Part shown: piece by piece, positions 41,049-50,989 of the stretch
How positions within the stretch are numbered: the stretch's first letter is position 1
How the letters are laid out: each line of letters opens with the position of its first letter
Assembly (NCBI GenBank): GCA_041395265.1
Contig: JAWLAW010000010.1
Coordinates: forward strand, 36,387-100,386
Source of the DNA: Lysobacteraceae bacterium
GTDB taxonomy: Bacteria > Pseudomonadota > Gammaproteobacteria > Xanthomonadales > Xanthomonadaceae
Direction of reading: 5' to 3'
DNA: 64,000 bases
The notes under the pieces: model-generated
What the model saw: the letters and a program-made list of their open reading frames with translations, nothing else
Database searches by the model: none
What the model was told of the DNA's origin: nothing
Position numbers and translations under genes: made by a program

Positions 41049-42029
41049 TTAATCGCCCATCAGCTTCTGACGATGCTCCCAACGCTCCTGCGCGTCGAGG
41101 CATAGAGTGGCGATCGGGCGCGCTTCCAGGCGCTCGATGCCGATCTCCTCGCCGGTTTCCTCGCAATAGCCGTAGTCGCCCTCGTCGACGCGCTTCAGCG
41201 CCTTGTCGATCTTGCCGATCAGCTTGCGATAGCGGTCGCGGGTACGCAGTTCCAGCGAGTTCTCGGTCTCGCGGGTGGCACGCTCGGCCTCGTCACCGAC
41301 GTCACGCACTTCCTCGCGCAGGTTGTCGATGGTCTGCTTGGACTCCTCGACCAGATCGCTGCGCCAGGTCAGCAGCTTCTGGCGGAAGTACTCGAGCTGC
41401 TTCGCGCTCATGTACTCCTCCTTGCCGCTCGGCTTGTAGCCGGCAGGCAGCTCGACGCGCTCCGGCAGCGGCGGGCGCGCCGGCAACGGCGAAGCCGCGC
41501 TGCTGCGTGCCACGGCCCTGGCACGGCCGCCCGTGGTCTTGCGCGGGGCTTCCACTGCCTTGCTCGAAGTCGCCGTTGCTTTGGTCATCGATTTCGCTTC
41601 CTTGCGGGTATTCGCCGGCTTCGTCACCGGCTTGGTGGCAGCCTTCCTGGCTGCAGGCTTGGCGGACGTCGCAGCGGCTTTCTTGGCAGGCGCCTTCTTG
41701 CCCGCTGTCTTCACCGGCGCCGTCTTCTTGGCTGGCGCCTTTTTGGCCGCTGACTTCTTGACGGCTGCCTTCTTCACGGCTTTCTTGGCCACGACCTTCT
41801 TTGCCGGCGCCTTCTTTGCGACCGGCTTCTTGGCCGCTGCTTTCTTCGGCGCCGCTTTCTTCGGAGCTGCCTTCTTGGTCGCCGTCTTCTTGACCGTCGA
41901 CTTGCTGGCGCTGCCGGACTTGGCCTTGGCCTTGCTTGCCTTCACCGGCTTCGCGGTGCGGGCACTGGATTTCTTCTTCACTGCCACTGTTTGCCTTCCT
42001 GATGCTTTGAGGCGAATGGTGCCGATCAC
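41049..42029 (-). CDS. dksA: RNA polymerase-binding protein DksA with a ~190-aa histone-H1-like Lys/Ala/Pro-rich N-terminal extension
   Basis: The C-terminal ~135 aa align with E. coli DksA. Matching segments are KEEYMSAKQLEYFRQKL, the coiled-coil tip DVGDEA (DxxDxA), and GYCEETGEEIGIERLEARPIATLCLDA. No in-frame Met lies closer than residue 148, so an extension is unavoidable. The start at 42029 is uncertain. Confidence 0.85.
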   Translation of the reverse strand: MIGTIRLKASGRQTVAVKKKSSARTAKPVKASKAKAKSGSASKSTVKKTATKKAAPKKAAPKKAAAKKPVAKKAPAKKVVAKKAVKKAAVKKSAAKKAPAKKTAPVKTAGKKAPAKKAAATSAKPAARKAATKPVTKPANTRKEAKSMTKATATSSKAVEAPRKTTGGRARAVARSSAASPLPARPPLPERVELPAGYKPSGKEEYMSAKQLEYFRQKLLTWRSDLVEESKQTIDNLREEVRDVGDEAERATRETENSLELRTRDRYRKLIGKIDKALKRVDEGDYGYCEETGEEIGIERLEARPIATLCLDAQERWEHRQKLMGD

Positions 42030-42154
42030 CCGGTTGAGGGCCGGCGGCCGCGTGTTATAGCCTAGTCGGATGACGGCAGCAACCGCCGCCGGTCCTTTTC
42101 GACGGCCCTGCCGGCAACGCCCACCTCCGCCGCGACGACCGCCATCAACCGCCC

Positions 42155-42421
42155 GTGAAAGCCCTGCTACTCCTTCTGCTGCGCGGCTACAAGCGATTCA
42201 TCAGCCCGATGCTGGGCCAGCGCTGCCGTTTCGAGCCCAGTTGCTCAGTCTACGCCATGCAGGCAGTGGACCGGTTTGGCAGCCTGCGTGGCAGTTGGAT
42301 GGCCGCCAAGCGGCTGGCGCGCTGCCACCCGCTGCACCCGGGCGGCTACGATCCCGTTCCTGACAAGGATTCGCGACCCGACGTCACCCCTTCCGCTTCC
42401 AAAAAGGCGCCACCGCCATGA
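42155..42421 (+). CDS. yidD: Membrane protein insertion efficiency factor YidD
   Basis: The motif is [27 protein letters not shown]. The start is GTG, and the stop overlaps the next start (ATGA). Confidence 0.85.
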   Translation: MKALLLLLLRGYKRFISPMLGQRCRFEPSCSVYAMQAVDRFGSLRGSWMAAKRLARCHPLHPGGYDPVPDKDSRPDVTPSASKKAPPP

Positions 42422-43755
42422 CCTCCACCCTGTTCGTGAATGCCCGCATCGTCAGCGATGGCAAGGAGTTCGACGGCGACCTGCGGGTCATCGGCGACCG
42501 CATCAGCAGTATCGGGCCGTCGCTGACGGCGCGCGACAAGGAAACCGTGATCGATGTCGGCGGCCGCTGGCTTCTGCCCGGCATGATCGATGACCAGGTG
42601 CATTTCCGAGAACCGGGCCTGACCCACAAGGGCGACATCGCCAGCGAGTCGCGCGCCGCCGTGGCTGGCGGCATCACCAGCTACATGGAGATGCCCAACA
42701 CCAATCCGCCGGCCACCGACCACGAAGGTCTGGAAAACAAGTACCGGCTCGCCAAGGGTCGCAGCCCGGCCAACTACGCCTTCTATTTCGGCGGCACCAA
42801 CGACAACCTGGAAGCCATCCGCACGCTGGACCCGAAGGCCACGCCCGGCTGCAAGGTGTTCATGGGCGCGTCGACCGGCAACATGCTGGTGGACAACCCG
42901 AAGACGCTGGAAGGCATCTTCGCGCACACGCCGGTGCCGATCATCACGCACTGCGAAGACACGCCGATGATCGAAGCCACGCAGGCGCGGATCGTCGCCG
43001 AAAAGGGCGAAGCCAACGTCACGGCGATGGATCATCCGGACATCCGCTCGCGTGAAGCCTGCCTGAAGTCCTCGCGACTGGCAGTGGCGCTGGCCAAGAC
43101 CCACGGCACGCGCCTGCACGTCCTGCACATCAGCACCGCCGATGAGCTGGCGCTGTTCGAGCCTGGCCCCCTCGAAGGCAAGCGAATCACCGCCGAAACC
43201 TGCGTGCACTTCCTCGCCTTCGACCGCGCCGACTACGCGACGCTCGGCAACTTCATCAAATGCAATCCGTCGATCAAGGAGGCCAGCGACCGCGAAGCCC
43301 TGATCCGCGCGCTGGTCGAGGACCGCATCGACGTGCTCGCCACCGACCACGCGCCGCATACGCTGGAAGAGAAGCAGAAACCCTACCTGCAGGCACCGTC
43401 CGGCCTGCCACTGGTGCAGTACGCGCTGGTGTCGGCGCTGGAACTGGTGCACGACGAGCGCATTGAGCTGACGCATCTGGTGCAGAAGCTCTGCCACGCG
43501 CCGGCACAACTGTTCGACGTCAAGGATCGCGGCTACCTGCGCGAGGGCAAGTTCGCCGACATCGCCATCGTCGACCCGGACCATGCCTTCACCGTGCAGC
43601 GCGAGGACGTGCTGTCGAAATGCGGCTGGTCGCCTTTCGAGGGCCGCCGCTTCCGCTCCAGCATCTGGCAGACCTGGGTCAACGGCGAATGCGTCTATCG
43701 CGACGGCGCGCTGACCGGCGTCATCGCCGGCCGCCGCATGGACTTCGACCGTTGA
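42418..43755 (+). CDS. Dihydroorotase-like cyclic amidohydrolase (445 aa)
   Basis: Amidohydrolase motifs are [33 protein letters not shown] and ATDHAPH. Confidence 0.8.
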   Translation: MTSTLFVNARIVSDGKEFDGDLRVIGDRISSIGPSLTARDKETVIDVGGRWLLPGMIDDQVHFREPGLTHKGDIASESRAAVAGGITSYMEMPNTNPPATDHEGLENKYRLAKGRSPANYAFYFGGTNDNLEAIRTLDPKATPGCKVFMGASTGNMLVDNPKTLEGIFAHTPVPIITHCEDTPMIEATQARIVAEKGEANVTAMDHPDIRSREACLKSSRLAVALAKTHGTRLHVLHISTADELALFEPGPLEGKRITAETCVHFLAFDRADYATLGNFIKCNPSIKEASDREALIRALVEDRIDVLATDHAPHTLEEKQKPYLQAPSGLPLVQYALVSALELVHDERIELTHLVQKLCHAPAQLFDVKDRGYLREGKFADIAIVDPDHAFTVQREDVLSKCGWSPFEGRRFRSSIWQTWVNGECVYRDGALTGVIAGRRMDFDR

Positions 43756-44585
43756 TCGCCCTGCGCAAGTTTTACGGGTTCTTTCTGGTCGCGCTTTCGC
43801 TGACCGTTGCAGCCGTCGCCTGCGAACAGCCGGAGTTGCCGACACAGATCCAGCAGGGCGCATTGGCCGAGGGCTGCGTTCCCGCCGGCTCACGCCTGTG
43901 GCTCGGCGAACGCGAAATCAGCGTCGATCCCGATGGTCGCGTGGTGTTTGGCATCGGTCGTGATGAAGCCTCGCCGCTGACGCTGCGCTGGCGCGATGCC
44001 AAAGGCACGGAAACGTCACTGTCGGTGCCGGTGAAATCGCGCGACTGGAAGATCGAACGTGTCGACGGCCTACCGCAGCAAACCGTCACGCCGAACCCGA
44101 AGATCGCCGAGCGCATCGGCCGCGAGCAGCGCGCCGTCGCGGCCACGCGAGTCGGGGATCGCGCCGACGACGCCTGGCGTGCAGGCTTCATCCGGCCTGC
44201 TGAAGGGCGCATCAGCGGCGTCTACGGCAGCCAGCGCATCCTCAACGGCACGCCGAAGAACCCGCACTACGGCATGGACATCGCCGTCGGCACCGGCACG
44301 CCGATCAAGGCGCCCGCTGGCGGCGTGGTCAGCTTCGCCGACCCCGACCTCTATCTCACCGGTGGCACCGTGCTGATCGACCACGGCCGCGGTCTCAACT
44401 CCAGCTTCCTGCACATGAGTCGGCTCGACGTGAACGTCGGCGACCGCGTCGAACAGGGTCAGGTCATCGGCGCCGTCGGCGCCACCGGCCGCGCCACCGG
44501 CCCGCACCTGCACTGGGGCTTCAACTGGTTCGACGTGCGACTGGATCCGGCGCTGCTGCCGGCGCCGGACAACCCAGAGGACTGA
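43752..44585 (+). CDS. M23 family metallopeptidase (probable lipoprotein)
   Basis: M23 motifs are HYGMDIAVGTGTPIKAPAGG and GATGRATGPHLHW. The only plausible start is TTG 43752, overlapping the upstream stop. The signal peptide ends AAVAC. Confidence 0.75.
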   Translation: MIALRKFYGFFLVALSLTVAAVACEQPELPTQIQQGALAEGCVPAGSRLWLGEREISVDPDGRVVFGIGRDEASPLTLRWRDAKGTETSLSVPVKSRDWKIERVDGLPQQTVTPNPKIAERIGREQRAVAATRVGDRADDAWRAGFIRPAEGRISGVYGSQRILNGTPKNPHYGMDIAVGTGTPIKAPAGGVVSFADPDLYLTGGTVLIDHGRGLNSSFLHMSRLDVNVGDRVEQGQVIGAVGATGRATGPHLHWGFNWFDVRLDPALLPAPDNPED

Positions 44586-44626
44586 GATTTATCGCTCTGA
44601 GCTAAACCTGACGGCTTCGATGTCGG

Positions 44627-45433
44627 TCAGTTCTTCCGGCAACCGGCGTTACTCGCGACGGCAATCACGTCACTCACGCGTGCCGCAGTGTACGTGTGCC
44701 CCTCGTTCTCGGCTGCAGGCATTGCAGAGCGGCTAACCGGATCCGGCGGCAGAAACTGGCCGTGTTCCACGAACGTCGATCCAACGAAACGGAAGCCATC
44801 AGCAGACGGAAACTCTCCAAAAAGTTTTAGATGGAGAAGCACCGCCTCCAGAAGCGTCAGATCCGGCCCCGGATGAGCTCCGTCCGCAGCGATCCACTGG
44901 GCATCAGGAAAGCACGACTGGCCTCTTGCTAACATGTTGGCAAGAGACAAATGCTCCAGGTTGATGCCGCTGCTGAACTCCAACTCCGCTGCGGCGACGC
45001 CGGCAGCGAAACGCGGGTCCGGCTGGTAAGTGCCGAGCATGACTGGCCGCGCGCCGCGCTCTCGAATCATGACCGCCAACGCCTTGATCGCCTGCTCCGA
45101 GCGCCGTTTGGCATCTGCACCAAAGCCGCCTAACAAGTCGCCGCCGCGTTCCTGCAGTATCACCACGTCGTAGCGCTGTGACGACATGGCGCGATCAACC
45201 GCGCCCTGCGAATGCCACTGGTCCAGCGTTGCACCGCCATTGACGATCATGTCGCTGTGAACGAGTCGCCCGTTTCTCAAAGCAAGCGCGTCAAACACTC
45301 CGGGCAGATTGTTCTCGTAAATCAAACTGTTACCCAAGAACAGAACCCGAATATCCGGCTCTGTGGGGCGGACACCCGTGCATGAGGCAACAGCCAGAAC
45401 GAACAGCAAGACCAGCCAGCAAACGACTTTCAT
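44627..45433 (-). CDS. SGNH/GDSL-like hydrolase lipoprotein, atypical composition
   Basis: It has the lipoprotein signal MKVVCWLVLLFVLAVASC, block I VLFLGNSL and block V DGAHPGP (DxxH). Many A/T-ending codons are used. Confidence 0.6.
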   Translation of the reverse strand: MKVVCWLVLLFVLAVASCTGVRPTEPDIRVLFLGNSLIYENNLPGVFDALALRNGRLVHSDMIVNGGATLDQWHSQGAVDRAMSSQRYDVVILQERGGDLLGGFGADAKRRSEQAIKALAVMIRERGARPVMLGTYQPDPRFAAGVAAAELEFSSGINLEHLSLANMLARGQSCFPDAQWIAADGAHPGPDLTLLEAVLLHLKLFGEFPSADGFRFVGSTFVEHGQFLPPDPVSRSAMPAAENEGHTYTAARVSDVIAVASNAGCRKN

Positions 45434-45453
45434 CGATGGGCTTCCGGAGCAAA

Positions 45454-46461
45454 TCAAAGTTCAGCAAACGCCGCCAGCGGCCGATAGCCGCGACCATCGC
45501 GACTGGCTTCGGCGACGGCGTCGTGGGCGTGGAGGCTTTCCAAATGCGCGACGCGCAGGCTGAAGTCGGCGATGCGCGGCTCGGCCAGCAGGCGGCTCTG
45601 CAGGCGACGCGCGGCGTCTTCGCAGAACAGGGTGTTGGCGGCGTTGAGTTCGGCGAAGGCCTGTTCGTCGTCGCGCTTGACCGCGGTCTGCACCGGCGTA
45701 CTGAGCGTGGCTTCCAGCGCCTCAATCAGACCGGCAATGGGCAGATCATCGAAGCTCGGTTCCAGCAACAGTCGCAGATCGGCGCGGCTGCGCTGGCTGT
45801 GCGGCGTGGCGGCCATGCCCTGCTCGCTGCCGAGCCAGTCGAACACCGCCTTTGAATCCACACTGCCTTCACCGAAGGTTTCGCGAAAGCGGTGCTGGAT
45901 GGCTTCGCGCGACAGCGCGGCCGATGCCGGACAGGTGCTGGAATACAGCAGCGACAGGCCCAATTCGATGCGCAGAGCCTGCCCCGGACGTGATCCGGGA
46001 CCATCCGCGTCCATTTCGGCGGCGACGGTGATCGGATAGCTGCGCCAGCCGCTGTTGTCGCTGCGCAGCGCGGGACGGCGCAGCAGCATCTCGAAATCGA
46101 AGCGCAGGCGCGCACGGCCGGACAGGCCTTCATGGCTGTCGAGGAATTCGCGCAAAAGGCGGCGAATCAGGCAGGGACTGAGCGCTTCGGCGTCCAGCAA
46201 GCGATCCAGTGCCAGGTAAAGCCGCGACATGTGGATACCGCGCGTGTCCGGCCGATCCAGGCTGACCTGCGCGGTAACACGTGCCGGGCTGCGCTGGGCA
46301 TCGCCGGCCGCATCACGGATACGCACCGGCATCTGGATGTTTTCCATGCCGACCCAGTCGAGCACGCCGGCAGTCTGCGGACGCGCGTCGCTGGCTACGT
46401 CTGGCAAGGGACGGGCGGTGTTGTCGAGGGGCTTGGTCATGGCAGTCGCCGGTTCAGTCAT
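45454..46461 (-). CDS. folE2: GTP cyclohydrolase FolE2 (type IB)
   Basis: FolE2 family motifs include VGMENIQMPVRI and RGIHMSRLY. Confidence 0.85.
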   Translation of the reverse strand: MTEPATAMTKPLDNTARPLPDVASDARPQTAGVLDWVGMENIQMPVRIRDAAGDAQRSPARVTAQVSLDRPDTRGIHMSRLYLALDRLLDAEALSPCLIRRLLREFLDSHEGLSGRARLRFDFEMLLRRPALRSDNSGWRSYPITVAAEMDADGPGSRPGQALRIELGLSLLYSSTCPASAALSREAIQHRFRETFGEGSVDSKAVFDWLGSEQGMAATPHSQRSRADLRLLLEPSFDDLPIAGLIEALEATLSTPVQTAVKRDDEQAFAELNAANTLFCEDAARRLQSRLLAEPRIADFSLRVAHLESLHAHDAVAEASRDGRGYRPLAAFAEL

Positions 46462-46653
46462 TTGGACGGATTTGGGGGTGAATCGCGTTGTTGCAAGGTT
46501 TGCGCGCCTGGAGCAAAGACGTTGAATCCGTATTCCACCTGTCCGGGAACAAGTTGCTATCGATTGCCTGAATCGTTGGCGCCGAAGGCGCTTTGTGCCC
46601 CCTCGCGCGATGGCAATCGCGCTCGATCCCCCGCCAGTGAGGGAAGGGGCAAA

Positions 46654-47442
46654 TTATCGACTCGCCCGCCGCGCCGCGTTCCATGCCAGCCACAGGCCGC
46701 GCATCGGCGGAATCGGCAGTTCGCGCTGCGGTTCGGCGCTGCCCGTTGCCATCGCCCGCAGTCGGTAGCCATCGAAGGATCGACGCAGCGATCGCAGCAA
46801 CGGCAGACGCGTCGACCGTGGCAACCGTTGTTGCAGTTGCGCAGCGAAATCCTGATGGAAGCCCGGTGATCTCGCCGCATCGCCCTCGCCGCCCGCATGC
46901 CGGGCCAGCAGGTTCAGTGGCAACCGTTCACGCGCCAGTGGGTGCCCGGCAGCCGCATTGATCGCGGCGCGACGCAACAAGGCGATTGCGATGTCGTCGA
47001 CGTTGACGGTCGATGAGGAGAGGCCGAACACGGCGGTGTCCGATATCGCCACGGCTTCAGCGTAAGCGCGGCATCGATCTACTGCCGCATCGACGTCACC
47101 CGCGCTGTCGCTATCCAGCAGGCTTGCGGCTTCACGCGGCGCGCTGCGCAGTTCCGCCACATCGACACCCTGCGTTACCAGCGCGCGCGCCAACGGATGG
47201 CGCTTGCCGCCTGCCGCCAATTCCTCGGCCCACCACAGCAGCTTGCCGGTGGCGATGGACGCGTCACTGGGCGTGAGGATGCTGTCCTCCCATTCGGCCA
47301 GCAAGCTGCCGAACAACTGCAGGCGCTCGCGCTGGGCAGGCGGGCAGAACACCTCGGCCTGCGCCATTTCCGGCTCGCGGCTTCGCCACTTGCCGATGTA
47401 ATGGTCGGCGGCGTAGTGATCGACGGCGTCGTGCTCGATCAT
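46654..47442 (-). CDS. Squalene/phytoene synthase-family-like protein (divergent)
   Basis: VFCPPAQRERLQLFGSLLAEWEDSI and GKLLWWAEEL resemble the N-terminal helices of COG1562 / NDUFAF6-like proteins. I see no clear DxxxD pair. The upstream part of ORF 46654..48006 overlaps gph in another frame. Confidence 0.45.
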   Translation of the reverse strand: MIEHDAVDHYAADHYIGKWRSREPEMAQAEVFCPPAQRERLQLFGSLLAEWEDSILTPSDASIATGKLLWWAEELAAGGKRHPLARALVTQGVDVAELRSAPREAASLLDSDSAGDVDAAVDRCRAYAEAVAISDTAVFGLSSSTVNVDDIAIALLRRAAINAAAGHPLARERLPLNLLARHAGGEGDAARSPGFHQDFAAQLQQRLPRSTRLPLLRSLRRSFDGYRLRAMATGSAEPQRELPIPPMRGLWLAWNAARRASR

Positions 47443-47452
47443 CGTGAAAAAG

Positions 47453-48205
47453 TCACCGGGTTCCCGCTTTCGCGGGAATGACGGCAGAAACTTGTGACTC
47501 GGATGCGAAATCCGCTGCAGCGACCGCGAGGCGGCCGTCGCGCAGGAGATCCAGTGGCTGCGACACGATGTGGTCAGCTCCCCAGGCGATGATATCGTCG
47601 CCAACCAGCCGATAGCCCCAGGCCGCCGCCAATGACGGCATCGGCGCGGCGCGTGCGGCATCGATATCGCGGCGGTCGTCACCGACGTAGACGGCGTCCT
47701 GGACCCGCACACCCACACGCTCGCAGGCGACGCGCAACGGCTCGGGATCGGGTTTGCGCGTCGGCAGGCTGTCGCCACCCAGCAACACGGCGCATTCGCC
47801 ATCAAGCCCCAGCGCCGACACCAGCTTTTCCGCCAGCGCGAACGGCTTGTTGCTGACGATGCCCCAGCGCGAACCGGCGGCGTGAATGGCGTCGAGCACT
47901 TCCCGCATGCCGTCGAACAGGCCGCTGCGTTCGGCGATGCTGTCCGCGTAGATCGAGAGGAACCGAGGCAGACGCAGGCCCAGCGCATCGTCATCCTCGT
48001 CGGCAAAGCTCAGTCGCAGCATGGCTCGCCCGCCCTGCGATACGGTGCGTCGGAAGGCCAACGATTCCACCGCGGGCAACGACTGTTCCGCCAGATAGCG
48101 GTTCATGGCCAGCTCAAGATCGGGCGCACTGTCGACCAGCGTGCCGTCCAAGTCGAACAGCACCAGTGGTGCGATGGAAGCGATTCCGGCCACGTTCGCG
48201 CTCAA
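47453..48205 (-). CDS. gph: Phosphoglycolate phosphatase (HAD)
   Basis: HAD motifs are [15 protein letters not shown] and [13 protein letters not shown]. The start overlaps the ubiG stop. Confidence 0.85.
   Translation of the reverse strand: MSANVAGIASIAPLVLFDLDGTLVDSAPDLELAMNRYLAEQSLPAVESLAFRRTVSQGGRAMLRLSFADEDDDALGLRLPRFLSIYADSIAERSGLFDGMREVLDAIHAAGSRWGIVSNKPFALAEKLVSALGLDGECAVLLGGDSLPTRKPDPEPLRVACERVGVRVQDAVYVGDDRRDIDAARAAPMPSLAAAWGYRLVGDDIIAWGADHIVSQPLDLLRDGRLAVAAADFASESQVSAVIPAKAGTR
47461..47478. repeat. REP-like hairpin ttcccgc-tttc-gcgggaa inside the last codons of gph
   Basis: It is a perfect 7-bp stem. It translates as ..IPAKAG.. on one strand and ..FPRKRE.. on the other, as is typical of this repeat family. 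Confidence 0.5.
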
Positions 48206-48918
48206 TCCGCGCGGGTGGCGGACATCAGGTAGTTCACACCCAGTCCCGGACCGCTCCAGGCGCGGCGACTGAACGGTTCGTAGTGCAGGCCGGTGGCATC
48301 GCCCAGCGCGAAACCCGTCCCGCGCAGCCAGCGCGCCAGTTCGGAAGGACGGATGAATTGCGCATAGCGATGCGTGCCGCGCGGCAGCAGGCGCATCACG
48401 TATTCGGCGCCGATGATGGCCAGCGCGAACGCCTTTGGCGTGCGATTGAGCGTGGACACGAACAACTGGCCACCCGGCTTCAGCAGGCGGTGGCAGGCCG
48501 CCAGCAGCGCCGCCGGATCCGGCACATGCTCCAGCAGCTCCATGCAGGTGATGGCGTCGAAACGGCCCGGCATTTCCTCGGCCAGCGCCTCGACGCTGAC
48601 CTGCCGGTAGTCGACCGGGTGGCCAGACTCCAACAGGTGCAGCTTCGCCGTCTCGATCAGCTCAGACGACAGGTCGATGGCCGTGACCGTGGCGCCCTCG
48701 CCGGCCAGCGCCTCGCTCAACAAGCCGCCACCGCAACCGACGTCCAACACCGCCGCACCTTTCAGCCTGATGCGCTCAGCGACGAAGGCCAGGCGCACCG
48801 GGTTCAGGTCATGCAGCGGTTTGCTCGGGCCTTCCGGGTCCCACCACCTTTGCGCCAAACGATCGAAACGGGCGATTTCGCCCGGATCGACGTTGGCCGG
48901 AGATGTCGCCGTGCTCAC
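48202..48918 (-). CDS. ubiG: Ubiquinone biosynthesis O-methyltransferase
   Basis: Motifs are [23 protein letters not shown] and the SAM motif [16 protein letters not shown] 48918 lies 7 nt after the upstream stop. Confidence 0.9.
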   Translation of the reverse strand: MSTATSPANVDPGEIARFDRLAQRWWDPEGPSKPLHDLNPVRLAFVAERIRLKGAAVLDVGCGGGLLSEALAGEGATVTAIDLSSELIETAKLHLLESGHPVDYRQVSVEALAEEMPGRFDAITCMELLEHVPDPAALLAACHRLLKPGGQLFVSTLNRTPKAFALAIIGAEYVMRLLPRGTHRYAQFIRPSELARWLRGTGFALGDATGLHYEPFSRRAWSGPGLGVNYLMSATRAD

Positions 48919-48925
48919 GACCGCC

Positions 48926-50290
48926 TCAGCCAGCCTTGCCGCCACGCGGCAGTTTGGCGATGCGCTCGCCCCAGCTGCGGGCGCGGGCGATGAGGTCGGC
49001 GCGATCCATGTCCTGCAGTTCACCATTCGCCAAGCGCGGCTTGCCGGCGATCCACACGTCGGAAACCTGATGACGCCCGCTGGCATAAACCAGGTGCGAA
49101 ATGGCGCTGTAGACCGGCTGCGACTCCAGGTCATCCAGTCGCAGCAGCGCCAGGTCGGCCTGCTTGCCAACCTCGATGCTGCCGATGCGCTCATCCAGGC
49201 CCATGGCCTTGGCGCTGTTCAGGGTCGCCATGCGCAGCGCGTAGGCAGCATCGACGGCAGCAGCATTCTGCGCCACGGCCTTGCCCAGTTGGGCCGCCGT
49301 GCGCATCTCGCTGATCATGTCCAGATCGTTGTTGCTGGCGCAGCCATCGGTGCCAAGTGCGACGTTCACGCCGGCCTCGCGCAGCGCTTCGACCTTGCAG
49401 AAGCCCGAGGCAAGCTTGAGATTGGATTCCGGGCAATGCACCACATGCACGCCTCGGACGGCGCAGAGCGCGATCTCGGCGTCGGTGAGCTGGGTCATGT
49501 GCACGGCGATCATGCGCTCGTTGAGCAGACCGAGACGGTCCAGCCGCGCCAGCGGACGCTGGCCGTCCTTCGCCACAGCCTCGTCGACTTCCTGCGCGGT
49601 TTCGTGGACGTGGCAGTGCACCGGGATATCAAGCTGATTGGACAGCGTGCGGATGCGCTCGAAGGCGCGATCGTCCACGGTATATGGCGCATGCGGCGCG
49701 AAGGCGAAGCCGATCATCGGATCGCCGCGATACTGGTCGTGCACCTCGACGCCCTTGTCGAAATGCTCGTCGTGCGTCGCCGCCCACGGATTGGCGAAAT
49801 CAATCACCGGTATGCCGACCACGGCGCGGAAACCGTGGCGCTGGTAGGTCGCGGCCGCGACGTCCGGGAAGAAGTAGTTCTCGTTGCAGCAGGTGGTGCC
49901 GCCGCGCAGCATCTCGGCGATGGCGAGCTCGATGCCGTCGCGGATGAAGGCCGGACCCATCACCGCGCCTTCCACCGGCCAGATGTGCTCGTTGAGCCAG
50001 CGCATCAGTGGCAGGTCGTCGGCCACGCCGCGCATCAGCGTCATCGGGTTGTGCGTGTGCGCGTTGACCAGACCGGGGAACAGCACGCCGTGCGGACGAT
50101 CCACGCGCTGCCTGGGATGGAACTGCTGGTCGGCCTCGGCCACAGGCAGCACCGCCACGATCTTCCCGCCATCGACGGCGACGGCGTGCTCCTTCAGCAC
50201 CACGCCGGCCGGCTCGACCGGGATCACCCAGCCGGCCGTGATCAGCAGGTCGATGTTGCGCTTGTCGTCGCTGCTCGACGCCACGCTCAT
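48926..50290 (-). CDS. TRZ/ATZ-family amidohydrolase (MTA/SAH deaminase MtaD-like)
   Basis: Motifs are [14 protein letters not shown] (HxH), HVHET and LGTDG. It lies upstream of ubiG, as mtaD does in pseudomonads. Confidence 0.8.
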   Translation of the reverse strand: MSVASSSDDKRNIDLLITAGWVIPVEPAGVVLKEHAVAVDGGKIVAVLPVAEADQQFHPRQRVDRPHGVLFPGLVNAHTHNPMTLMRGVADDLPLMRWLNEHIWPVEGAVMGPAFIRDGIELAIAEMLRGGTTCCNENYFFPDVAAATYQRHGFRAVVGIPVIDFANPWAATHDEHFDKGVEVHDQYRGDPMIGFAFAPHAPYTVDDRAFERIRTLSNQLDIPVHCHVHETAQEVDEAVAKDGQRPLARLDRLGLLNERMIAVHMTQLTDAEIALCAVRGVHVVHCPESNLKLASGFCKVEALREAGVNVALGTDGCASNNDLDMISEMRTAAQLGKAVAQNAAAVDAAYALRMATLNSAKAMGLDERIGSIEVGKQADLALLRLDDLESQPVYSAISHLVYASGRHQVSDVWIAGKPRLANGELQDMDRADLIARARSWGERIAKLPRGGKAG

Positions 50291-50853
50291 TTCACCCGCG
50301 AGACGTATTCACCGGTGCGGGTATCCACACGGATCAGCTCGCCGTTCTCGATGAACAGCGGCACGCGAACGGTGGCGCCGGTTTCCAGCTTGGCCGGCTT
50401 GCCGCCGCCGGAAGCCGTGTCGCCGCGCACGCCCGGGTCGGTCTCGACGATCTGCAGCTCGACGAAATTCGGCGCGGCAACGGCCAGCGGCGCGCCGTTG
50501 AACAGCGTCACCACGCATTCTTCCTCGCCCTTCAGCCACTGGGCGGCGTCGCCCATGGCGGCCTCGTCGGCCTGCAGCTGCTCGAAGCTGCCCTGGTCCA
50601 TGAAGTGCCAGAACTCGCCGTCGCTGTAGAGGTACTGCAGGTCGGTTTCCATCACGTCGGCGCCTTCGACGGTGTCGTTGGCCTTCAGCGTCTTTTCGGT
50701 CGTGCGGCCGTTCTTCAGGTTGCGCACCTTGATGCGGGTGAAGGCCTGGCCCTTGCCCGGCTTGATGAAGTCCGCGTCGACGATGGTGTAGGGATCACCG
50801 TCCAACAGGATCTTCAAACCGTTCTTGACGTCGTTCAAACCGTAAGTTGCCAT
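50287..50853 (-). CDS. efp: Elongation factor P
   Basis: It starts [25 protein letters not shown] and has [15 protein letters not shown], which carries the modifiable Lys. Confidence 0.95.
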   Translation of the reverse strand: MATYGLNDVKNGLKILLDGDPYTIVDADFIKPGKGQAFTRIKVRNLKNGRTTEKTLKANDTVEGADVMETDLQYLYSDGEFWHFMDQGSFEQLQADEAAMGDAAQWLKGEEECVVTLFNGAPLAVAAPNFVELQIVETDPGVRGDTASGGGKPAKLETGATVRVPLFIENGELIRVDTRTGEYVSRVK

Positions 50854-50989
50854 GCCACCACTCCAGAAAATATTCGACTTGTAAACAAAAGCCGCCCGAC
50901 GAGCGGCTAAAATGTATGGCCTACCCTCCAGCCACCGGCTGTTCCTTATGGATGGAACCCGGCGCCCAAGGCGATTCAGCGATCCGCCC

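Noticed and set aside
46462-46653. Possible Zur box or folate-type riboswitch upstream of folE2.
   Set aside because: No AT-rich Zur-like palindrome is visible. The small GC hairpins present (gcgcgat-ggca-atcgcgc; ggcgc-cgaa-ggcgc) are not diagnostic of any riboswitch I can recognise.
47443-48006. N-terminal 188 codons of ORF 46654..48006. The same applies to the long N-terminal extensions of ORFs 50287..51342, 39305..40309, 48202..49194, 51837..54224, 43620..44585, 34928..36073 and 29563..30822.
   Set aside because: The extensions overlap neighbouring genes in another frame or strand and lack family similarity. Internal starts give proteins of canonical length that begin with the conserved N-termini.
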